Shown here piece after piece: positions 1-8,807 of a stretch of 64,000 nucleotides of DNA. Each line of letters starts with the position of its first letter. The first letter of the stretch is position 1. This DNA comes from Flavobacteriales bacterium (GTDB taxonomy: Bacteria > Bacteroidota > Bacteroidia > Flavobacteriales > UBA7430). The DNA lies in assembly GCA_022425195.1 (NCBI GenBank), contig JAKMFX010000012.1, positions 52,160-116,159 on the forward strand, written 5' to 3'. A model generated the notes under the pieces. That model had not been told where the DNA came from and searched no databases. It was given only the letters and a program-made list of their open reading frames with translations. Position numbers and translations under genes: made by a program.

Positions 1-959
1 TCTCTATGGTTTATTTACCCTCGGAGAAGGATGTGCTAAGGGTGTCCTTATCTTCTGCCATTCGCAACCCAACACTTGCCGATCAATATTTAAATTATGA
101 CGCTGGCCCAGCCATATTGATCGGGAATTTAAATGGCTTCGGGTACGATCAGTATTTTGTGAATGCAGATTCCTTAGAGCAATATTTTATCAACGACACC
201 AGAAATCCCGACGCACTCATTGGAGGATTTATGGAAGTGGACCCCATTCAACCTGAAAAAGTAAAAACCGTAGAACTGGGCTATCGAACCACTCTATTTG
301 ATCAACTTTATATCGACGCAAGTGCCTATTACAGTACCTATACAGACTTCATTGGATACCAAACAGGGGCGTCATTTGCTTTTGGTGGAACTCGAATTGC
401 CACCGATGAAGATGTAAGCACAGGTTGGGCATCAGAAGTAGGTGATACCATAGATGAGTACATGAATCTTATTATGCCTTCTATACAAGGATATCGAGTC
501 GCTGCCAACGCCAAAAACAAAGTCAACACAAAAGGTTTCACCATCGGATTAAACTATTTCTTGAATCAATACATCACAGTCAACGGAAATTACTCTTGGA
601 GTAAATTGATTAAAACAGACGACGATGACCCCATCATACCCGCTTACAACACGCCAGAACATAAATACAATGTGGGAATTACAGGAAGAGGAATTAATTT
701 ATTTTCCTTCTCTCCAGATTGGGGCTTTGGTGTAAACTATAAATGGATTGAAGGATTTATTTATGAGGGATCACCTCAGTTTACAGGACCCGTCCCTACC
801 TACTCCCAACTAGATGCTCAAATCTCGAAAGAGATCAAACAAATCAATGCAACGCTTAAACTAGGTGCTTCGAATCTGTTAAATAACAAAACCTATCAAG
901 TATACGGTGGACCGAGAGTCGGAAGAATGATGTATTCATCTCTTCAGTTTGATTTTTAA
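1..959 (+). CDS. TonB-dependent receptor / outer-membrane beta-barrel, C-terminal part (5' end lies outside the window)
   Basis: The frame is open from the window edge. The sequence has alternating aromatic/Gly beta-strand character and ends in ...SSLQFDF with a terminal Phe, as is typical of TonB-dependent barrels. Confidence 0.7.
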   Translation, partial: SMVYLPSEKDVLRVSLSSAIRNPTLADQYLNYDAGPAILIGNLNGFGYDQYFVNADSLEQYFINDTRNPDALIGGFMEVDPIQPEKVKTVELGYRTTLFDQLYIDASAYYSTYTDFIGYQTGASFAFGGTRIATDEDVSTGWASEVGDTIDEYMNLIMPSIQGYRVAANAKNKVNTKGFTIGLNYFLNQYITVNGNYSWSKLIKTDDDDPIIPAYNTPEHKYNVGITGRGINLFSFSPDWGFGVNYKWIEGFIYEGSPQFTGPVPTYSQLDAQISKEIKQINATLKLGASNLLNNKTYQVYGGPRVGRMMYSSLQFDF

Positions 960-1103
960 TTACTGAAATTATATCCCTAACCCTCATCCTAAAAGCCAAC
1001 ACGCTCAAGACTGGCTGAGCTGTAATTTGATATTCAATGAATAATATCAATGAATATTAAAAGAATTTGATTATTTTAGAGGGTTATAAACTAAAACGAC
1101 GTT

Positions 1104-2777
1104 ATGAAAAAAATCTACTCTCGCTTATTATTCACCAGCTTATTCTTTGCAACTATTGCGCTGAACGCTCAAAACAATCGGTATTTGGATGCAATGTTTA
1201 CCGAGGTTAATGTAACTTCTGATGTTACTTACGGTTCTAACATTGGAATCATCACACAAGCTCCTGCTCTGGAAGATCTTAAACTAGACATCTATGAGCC
1301 TGTTGGAGATACTGTAACAAACAGACCTGTGGTACTCTTACTCCACACAGGTACCTTCCTTCCCGCTGTTGTGAACGGACAAGCTACCGGTGACAAGACA
1401 GACAACGCACTTGTAGAATTATGTACAAGACTCGCAAAGAAAGGTTACGTAGCTGTATCGGCGAACTACCGCTTGGGATGGAACCCATTATCTACAGACC
1501 CAGAAGTTAGACGTTCAACACTTGCACAAGCCTTTTACCGTGCCCAGCAAGATGCACGTACTGCTGTTCGATTTTTACGTAAATCTGTAGGAGAAGGTAA
1601 TCCTTATGGTATTGGTAATAAATTTGCTGTAGGTGGTGATGGTACCGGAGGCTATATGGCTTTGGCACTTGCTGCGCTTGACAAAGATGAGGAAGTCTTA
1701 CTTGATAAATTTATCGATAAATCTGATAATGCAATCGCTACTTATGGTCAACCTGTTCCCTACATCATGCAATCAGTTTTAGGTAACCTTGAAGCAACAG
1801 ATACCGGGTCTACGAAATCTATGGTAGATCATGACAATGACACAACAACTGTAGATATTGAGGTAGATGTTACCTTATGTGTACCAAACCATGTTGGATA
1901 CAGTTCAAAAATTGACATGGCTTTTAACTTCGGTGGCGCTATGTTGGATACAGTTTGGATTGAAGCAGGTGACGTGCCTATAGCCTCCATGCAAAACATC
2001 AATGACGAATTTGCTCCTTATGAGGTAGATGTATTAACAGAGCCTGTGAACAACGATCCTATTCTTGAAGCGCACGGTTCACTTCCATTAATTCGAAGAT
2101 CAACAGCATTAGGAAATAACGACTGTTTTGCAGGTCTATCTACAACACTTGTAGATGCCACTTACGGAAACGGAGATGCTGCTGCAAATGCTGCTACAGC
2201 AGGTCATGCAGACATGCCAGGCCTATTCCCTTTAGTTACTCCAGCACCATCAGCTTCCCCTACAGCTTGTGGAATGCAAGAATGGGACGGAGCACCTTGG
2301 CAATGGTGGAATAATGCTATTTACGGAGCATCTGCAGAAGCTTACAATGCATCTGGAGCAACACCATATCCTGCGGCAACGTGGAGCTGTGTTGCTACTC
2401 TTTCTAATCCGGATATGAGTGAAACAAAAGGATTGGCATTTGTTGACATGTTAGAGGAATTCTTTAGTCCTAGAGTGTATGCAGCACTTAACGCTGATGG
2501 TGAAATTGAGCAATCCTCATTAAGTACTCTAGAGATTTCGAATTACAACATGAGTATTTTCCCAAATCCTTCGGACAAAGAGATGCAAATTTCAGCAAAC
2601 AGTGAAATCAGTTCTTATTCTGTTTTTGATTTAACAGGGAAATTAATCTTAAGTCAATCAGACATCAATGCAAATACCGCTATCATTCCGAGAAATGGAT
2701 TGAAGAACGGTCTGTATTTGGCTCAAATTTCTGATGTGAATGGAAATTCAATCACAAGAAAAATCATATTCAAATAA
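1104..2777 (+). CDS. Secreted alpha/beta-hydrolase (HSL/Abhydrolase_3-like) homologue with a T9SS type-A C-terminal sorting domain; catalytic motifs are degenerate
   Basis: Signal peptide MKKIYSRLLFTSLFFATIALNAQ. The series VVLLLHTGTF / ANYRLGW / QQDARTAVRFL / VGGDGTGGYMA parallels HGGGF / YRLAPE / GDSAGG. The C-terminus ...SIFPNPSDKEMQI...GLYLAQI...RKIIFK resembles a Por secretion tail. Confidence 0.6.
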   Translation: MKKIYSRLLFTSLFFATIALNAQNNRYLDAMFTEVNVTSDVTYGSNIGIITQAPALEDLKLDIYEPVGDTVTNRPVVLLLHTGTFLPAVVNGQATGDKTDNALVELCTRLAKKGYVAVSANYRLGWNPLSTDPEVRRSTLAQAFYRAQQDARTAVRFLRKSVGEGNPYGIGNKFAVGGDGTGGYMALALAALDKDEEVLLDKFIDKSDNAIATYGQPVPYIMQSVLGNLEATDTGSTKSMVDHDNDTTTVDIEVDVTLCVPNHVGYSSKIDMAFNFGGAMLDTVWIEAGDVPIASMQNINDEFAPYEVDVLTEPVNNDPILEAHGSLPLIRRSTALGNNDCFAGLSTTLVDATYGNGDAAANAATAGHADMPGLFPLVTPAPSASPTACGMQEWDGAPWQWWNNAIYGASAEAYNASGATPYPAATWSCVATLSNPDMSETKGLAFVDMLEEFFSPRVYAALNADGEIEQSSLSTLEISNYNMSIFPNPSDKEMQISANSEISSYSVFDLTGKLILSQSDINANTAIIPRNGLKNGLYLAQISDVNGNSITRKIIFK

Positions 2778-2794
2778 TCCTTATTTATAATTCA

Positions 2795-2828
2795 AAAAAA
2801 GACTGCCATATGGCGGTCTTTTTTTTTG
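2795..2828 (+). terminator. Rho-independent terminator
   Basis: aaaaaaagactgcc-atat-ggcggtcttttttttt: a GC stem with one G-U pair, followed by a T run, 18 nt after the stop codon. Confidence 0.7.
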
Positions 2829-2908
2829 CACAAAATCAGCTATTGAGAAGAGAATATTACTAGAGAAATGCATTATATTTAGTCGGAATAAAATCAAGTA
2901 CATATCAA

Positions 2909-3775
2909 ATGTTTAAAAGTTTATCATTCATCTCTATAGGAGTCGTTGCAGCGGGTTTCGGCCTCAAAGGCTTTTTACTCCCAAACGGTTTTATTGACGG
3001 GGGCGTAACAGGGATCTCTCTTCTCGTAGAAGCACTAACCCACTACCCTTTACCCCTATTGATCATCTTTATCAATGCACCATTTATCCTAATGGGATAC
3101 TATCAATTGGGAAAAATGTTTACCATTAAAAGTATCATTGCCATTGGTGGATTGGCGCTTGCACTCGTCTTTATAGACTACCCCATCATTACCTCCGACA
3201 AACTGTTAATTGCCGTATTTGGCGGTTTCTTTTTAGGCAGTGGAATTGGACTCGCCATTCGCGGCGGTGGCGTACTAGATGGTACCGAAGTTTTGGCCAT
3301 TTACCTGGCCAAAAAGACAGGCTTTACCATTGGAGATTTTATCTTGGTGTTTAACATCGTCATCTTTGCCATAGCTGCCTACTTACTTTCTATGGAAACA
3401 GCTTTATACTCCATACTCACCTATTTGGCGGCCTCTAAAACCGTTAATTTAGTGGTAGAGGGTGTAGAAGAATACATAGGTGTAACCATCATCTCCTCAC
3501 TCAGTGAAGACATACGTTTGATGATCATTGAAAAAATGGGGAAAGGCGTTACCATATACAAGGGAAAACGAGGCTTCGGAAAAAGAGGGGAAAACCTCAA
3601 TGAAACTGATGTGATTTACTCCGTCATTACCCGTCTTGAAATGAGTAAACTACAAACGGAAATCGAAAAGATTGATGCCAACGCATTCATCGTAATGAAT
3701 AAAGTTATGGATCTTAGAGGTGGACATCTTCCCGGCAACAAATACTTTAAGAACGAAGGTTCACTCGCCAAATAA
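2909..3775 (+). CDS. YitT-family membrane protein (DUF161/DUF2179)
   Basis: Polytopic N-terminus with GFLLPNGFIDGGVTGISLL, plus a soluble C-terminal domain ...VIYSVITRLEMSKLQTEIEKIDANAFIV, typical of the YitT family. Confidence 0.8.
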   Translation: MFKSLSFISIGVVAAGFGLKGFLLPNGFIDGGVTGISLLVEALTHYPLPLLIIFINAPFILMGYYQLGKMFTIKSIIAIGGLALALVFIDYPIITSDKLLIAVFGGFFLGSGIGLAIRGGGVLDGTEVLAIYLAKKTGFTIGDFILVFNIVIFAIAAYLLSMETALYSILTYLAASKTVNLVVEGVEEYIGVTIISSLSEDIRLMIIEKMGKGVTIYKGKRGFGKRGENLNETDVIYSVITRLEMSKLQTEIEKIDANAFIVMNKVMDLRGGHLPGNKYFKNEGSLAK

Positions 3776-3797
3776 GGATCATAAAAGTATGTGACAT

Positions 3798-3836
3798 AAA
3801 AAATCCTTGTAAATAGGCTTTACAAGGATTTTTCTT
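3798..3836. terminator. Bidirectional hairpin terminator between the yitT-like gene and tRNA-Pro
   Basis: Perfect 12-bp arms aatccttgtaaa / tttacaaggatt with loop taggc, flanked by an A run and a T run. Confidence 0.7.
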
Positions 3837-3838
3837 CG

Positions 3839-3913
3839 TCGGGGTGGCAGGATTCGAACCTGCGACCTCCTCGTCCCAAACGAGGCGCGATAACCGGGCT
3901 ACGCTACACCCCG
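3839..3913 (-). tRNA. tRNA-Pro (anticodon TGG)
   Basis: The reverse complement reads CGGGGTGTAGCGTAGCCCGGTTATCGCGCCTCGTTTGGGACGAGGAGGTCGCAGGTTCGAATCCTGCCACCCCGA. It folds as a cloverleaf with anticodon loop TT-TGG-GA and a GTTCGAATC T-loop. No CCA is encoded. Confidence 0.95.
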
Positions 3914-4004
3914 AAGAATTTCGAGCAAATATATACAATAGCACCGATAAAACAAGGTTCTTTGGAACGAATAATTTATGCTGCTACATTTTGCATCATA
4001 AGCC

Positions 4005-4703
4005 CTATCGAGTAGCGCTTTGAAAACTACCAAAGTTTTGAGTACAGCGAATCAAAATGGGGGTCTTATCTAAATCCACCTCACAGGCACAGGCCAAGAG
4101 GTCAAAACGCTTTTCTAAGATGTTTGCCCGGTGTGGTGGAGAGTTCATCCACTGAGTGACCAAACGATCTGCCAGATCCATATAAGTTGAATTTTCTATC
4201 ACCGCCCCTTCTGGATTGAGATAAATAATCGATCCATTCCCATCAAACTCCGTTCGATATCTGAGTGTTTTACCCGAATAATCTAGGAGGAAATTTTCAA
4301 GGATGTTTTCACCTACGGTCCTATAGGAATCGTCATAGAAAAAAATACGGTCTTTAGGAGTTCGCCATTTTCGTTGTCTTTTATTCTCATGACTAAAAAA
4401 ATCGTCTACAATCATACGCTCTGAATGAAGCGCAGAAGATTTGTACAAATTTTCGTTGAAGACAAAAACATCTAGCTTTTCTTTCTTTCGTTCCTTATTG
4501 GTGAAATGAAAGATGGCTGCATTTAATAAATGCATCTGAATTTCAGGGACCTCTATTCGAGAGCTTAAAGCCTCAATAGAGAGAAAAGTGTCTGAACTTT
4601 TATCGGTATAATACTGATGATAATCGTCTTGTGCCCTTAATTCTTGAAAACAAAGAATTATCTGGAGAAAAATCGGGAATAATAGCTTGAATTTAATGCT
4701 CAT
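4005..4703 (-). CDS. Secreted CAP/SCP (YkwD-like) domain protein
   Basis: Signal peptide MSIKFKLLFPIFLQIILCFQELRAQ. The C-terminal motifs HSERM...FFSHEN...GENI...WMNSPPHRANIL are typical of the CAP superfamily. Confidence 0.6.
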   Translation of the reverse strand: MSIKFKLLFPIFLQIILCFQELRAQDDYHQYYTDKSSDTFLSIEALSSRIEVPEIQMHLLNAAIFHFTNKERKKEKLDVFVFNENLYKSSALHSERMIVDDFFSHENKRQRKWRTPKDRIFFYDDSYRTVGENILENFLLDYSGKTLRYRTEFDGNGSIIYLNPEGAVIENSTYMDLADRLVTQWMNSPPHRANILEKRFDLLACACEVDLDKTPILIRCTQNFGSFQSATR

Positions 4704-4707
4704 TGCG

Positions 4708-4715
4708 TAATTTTG
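4708..4715 (+). promoter_or_regulatory. Candidate Bacteroidota -7 promoter box (TAnnTTTG) for trxB
   Basis: TAATTTTG lies 20 nt upstream of the trxB ATG, within the 32-nt divergent spacer. Confidence 0.35.
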
Positions 4716-4735
4716 GGTTCACAAATTACAAAAAA

Positions 4736-5683
4736 ATGTCTGAAGAAATTGAAAAGATAAAATGCCTGATTATTGGTTCGGGCCCAGCAGGATATACTGC
4801 AGCTATATATGCATCTAGAGCTGATCTAAACCCAGTAGTTTACACGGGGCTTAAACCCGGCGGACAGCTTACAGATACCACGGAAGTAGATAACTACCCG
4901 GGCTACCCAGAAGGGACCAACGGTCCAGAAATGATGGTCGACTTTCAAAAACAAGCTGAGCGATTTGGTACGGATGTTCGTTTTGGATACGCTACAAAAG
5001 CAGAATTTTCAAAAGATGGTGGTCTTCACAAAATTGAAATTGACAGTTCTAAAACTGTTTTGGCTGAAACGGTAATCATTTCTACAGGAGCTACTGCAAA
5101 ATGGTTAGGACTCGAATCTGAAGAACGCTTAAATGGTTTTGGAGTCTCTGCCTGTGCCGTCTGCGATGGTTTCTTTTACAAAGGACAAGAAGTCGTGGTT
5201 GTAGGTGCTGGAGATACCGCAGCCGAAGAAGCGACTTACCTTGCTAAGCTTTGTACAAAAGTAACCATGCTCGTTCGTAAAGATCATATGAGAGCTTCTA
5301 AGGCGATGCAACATCGCGTGGAAAATACAGAAAACATTACTGTGATGTACAACTCCGAAACGGATGAGGTACTGGGTGAAAAAGCCGTTGAAGGCGTTCG
5401 TGTTAAAAACAATCAAACGGGAGAATTGACTAAAGTACCTTGTACAGGCTTCTTTGTCGCTATTGGACACAAACCCAATTCCGATTTGTTTGTTGAACAG
5501 TTAGACATGGATGAAACCGGCTATTTGACAACCCAAGCGGATTCTACGCAAACCAATATAGAAGGTGTCTTTGCGGCGGGTGATATACAAGACAAGATCT
5601 ATAGACAAGCTGTTACTGCTGCGGGAAGTGGCTGTATGGCTGCGTTAGAGGCCGAAAGATATTTGGCTGAAAAAGGCGATTAA
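4736..5683 (+). CDS. trxB: Thioredoxin-disulfide reductase
   Basis: GSGPAGYTAA FAD motif, redox-active CAVCDG, GAGDTAAEEA NADPH motif and GVFAAGD. I placed the start at the ATG (MSEEIEK...) rather than the track start at 4703. Confidence 0.95.
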   Translation: MSEEIEKIKCLIIGSGPAGYTAAIYASRADLNPVVYTGLKPGGQLTDTTEVDNYPGYPEGTNGPEMMVDFQKQAERFGTDVRFGYATKAEFSKDGGLHKIEIDSSKTVLAETVIISTGATAKWLGLESEERLNGFGVSACAVCDGFFYKGQEVVVVGAGDTAAEEATYLAKLCTKVTMLVRKDHMRASKAMQHRVENTENITVMYNSETDEVLGEKAVEGVRVKNNQTGELTKVPCTGFFVAIGHKPNSDLFVEQLDMDETGYLTTQADSTQTNIEGVFAAGDIQDKIYRQAVTAAGSGCMAALEAERYLAEKGD

Positions 5684-5696
5684 TCATTGAAACCAT

Positions 5697-5727
5697 CAAA
5701 ACCGTCTTTTAGGCGGTTTTTTTGTTT
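5697..5727 (+). terminator. Rho-independent terminator after trxB
   Basis: aaaaccgtc-tttta-ggcggttttttt. Confidence 0.6.
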
Positions 5728-5742
5728 CTTATCATAAATTCT

Positions 5743-6288
5743 ATGAATACCCATTTAAAGAGAGCCACCTTAGGTGGAGGATGCTTTTGGTGTATTGAAG
5801 CGGTATACAAGCGTTTGACAGGAGTCGTAAGCGTTCAATCAGGGTTTTCGGGTGGTTCCATAAAAAACCCAGCCTACAGAGAAGTGTGCACGGGAAGAAC
5901 AGGGCACGCTGAAGTATGTGACATACAATACGACCCTAAAATCGTTGCTTTTGAAGATCTACTGAATATCTTTTGGGAGATTCACGACCCTACCACCCTA
6001 AATAGACAAGGAAATGATGTAGGAACCCACTACCGTTCCGTCATCTATTTTCATGACGAAGAGCAAAAGTCAGTCGCTGAAAAGTTAAAAGTGAGATGGA
6101 GTGAAACGACATTCACAGACAAACCAATCGTCACTGAGATTACTGAATTCTCTAACTTTTACCCTGCTGAAGAGTATCATAGCGACTACTATGACCTGAA
6201 CAGTGAAGAACCTTATTGCCGAATCGTGATCCTTCCTAAACTAGAGAAATTCAAAAAAAAATTTCAACATAAATTAAAAAAAAGCTGA
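5743..6288 (+). CDS. msrA: Peptide-methionine (S)-S-oxide reductase
   Basis: GGGCFWC active-site motif and GHAEV...YDP...HDPT...NRQGND.GTQYRS-like blocks. The ATG at 5743 is preferred over the TTG at 5722, which lies inside the trxB terminator. Confidence 0.95.
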   Translation: MNTHLKRATLGGGCFWCIEAVYKRLTGVVSVQSGFSGGSIKNPAYREVCTGRTGHAEVCDIQYDPKIVAFEDLLNIFWEIHDPTTLNRQGNDVGTHYRSVIYFHDEEQKSVAEKLKVRWSETTFTDKPIVTEITEFSNFYPAEEYHSDYYDLNSEEPYCRIVILPKLEKFKKKFQHKLKKS

Positions 6289-6304
6289 GGATTAATCCTC
6301 AGCT
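6283..6304. terminator. Shared bidirectional hairpin containing both convergent stop codons (msrA / THX)
   Basis: agctgagga-ttaa-tcctcagct with an A run on the left and a T run on the right. The msrA TGA (6286-6288) and the THX TAA (6292-6294, minus strand) sit inside the structure. Confidence 0.65.
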
Positions 6305-6513
6305 TTTTTCTTTGTCGTTGTTTTCTTAGTCACCGTCTTTTTGGTGGCTGCTTTTTTCGTCGTAGTTTTTTTTGCTGCTGCCTTTTTTTTAGGCTTTACA
6401 ACGGGTTTTTCTGTTGCGACAGCTTGTGCTGTGACCTTCTTTTTTTGTCTTCGCACTCCTGAAGTACCTCTATTGATCTTTCCTCGTTTGGATTTAACAT
6501 CTCCCTTTCCCAT
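6292..6513 (-). CDS. 30S ribosomal protein THX with a Lys/Thr/Ala-rich C-terminal extension
   Basis: MGKGDVKSKRGKINRGTSGVRRQKKK matches the THX signature MGKGD..[KR]RGK...G.[YS]G..R.[RK]K. It is followed by about 45 aa of KKAAAKKTTTKKAATKKTVTKKTTTKKK. I placed the start at the MGKGD Met. Confidence 0.7.
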   Translation of the reverse strand: MGKGDVKSKRGKINRGTSGVRRQKKKVTAQAVATEKPVVKPKKKAAAKKTTTKKAATKKTVTKKTTTKKKAED

Positions 6514-6602
6514 AATAGTTTTTTTAGTTGTCATAATTTAGGTAAAATTGACCTGATAAAAAAACAAAAGACATCTCATTAAATACCCCAGAAATATAGC
6601 TC

Positions 6603-6983
6603 TCAAAGTTCCTTATATGCAAAGCGAAATAGAGACAACCAACCCAAAATGAAAAACACCCCTCCGAAAGGTGTAATAGCCCCTAGAAAAGTATAGTTGG
6701 TGATGGCTAAAACATATAGAGAACCAGAGAATATAGGGATTCCGACAATAAAAAACCGAGATGACCACATTAAGTTCTTACTCTGGTAAAACTTCATAAA
6801 AACAGCCAGTACAAATAAAGCCAGAGTATGATAAAACTGATGGCTTACCGCCTTTTCAAAAACGTCTAAACGTTGGTTTGCCAAAAGCAAATCTTTCAAG
6901 CCATGGGCACCAAAAGCTCCTAGTGCCACAGACAAGGCGCCATAAATTGCAGTAATTTTTAAAGTTAGTCTATAGGTCATCAC
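6603..6983 (-). CDS. DUF423 (YgdD-like) small membrane protein
   Basis: Four predicted TM helices and the GALSVALGAFGAHGL motif. Confidence 0.75.
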   Translation of the reverse strand: MMTYRLTLKITAIYGALSVALGAFGAHGLKDLLLANQRLDVFEKAVSHQFYHTLALFVLAVFMKFYQSKNLMWSSRFFIVGIPIFSGSLYVLAITNYTFLGAITPFGGVFFILGWLSLFRFAYKEL

Positions 6984-7109
6984 CAGAGAAATTTAAAAAA
7001 GATTAAAAAAAATGAACAGGCATAATTTACAATGAAATAAACAGATTATAGATACTTAACAACGGAAATCATAAATCGATATATGCTTCTCTAGAAGCAT
7101 AAAAACAAC

Positions 7110-8729
<1,620 letters not shown>

Positions 8730-8744
8730 GAAAGTTGATCATAT

Positions 8745-8787
8745 CATAAAAAAGGTGACTCCCATAGGAATCACCTTTTTTTTATGA
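8745..8787. terminator. Bidirectional terminator between the ABC-F gene and yidC
   Basis: aaaaaaggtgactcc-cata-ggaatcacctttttttt, with one internal mismatch. Confidence 0.6.
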
Positions 8788-8807
8788 TTTATGATTTGTG
8801 AAGAAGC

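Noticed and set aside
3839-3913. tRNA-Pro considered as an integration hotspot for a genomic island
   Set aside because: There is no integrase, transposase or phage gene on either side, and I did not see a duplicated copy of the tRNA 3' end. The neighbours are ordinary genes (YitT-family membrane protein, CAP-domain protein, trxB).
3747-3944. 65-aa minus-strand ORF
   Set aside because: It is fully explained by tRNA-Pro and its terminator, and its translation runs through the tRNA sequence.
6341-6541. 66-aa hydrophobic plus-strand ORF
   Set aside because: It is the antisense of the Lys-rich THX tail, where AAA/AAG codons read as TTT/CTT (Phe/Leu). It is a compositional artefact.
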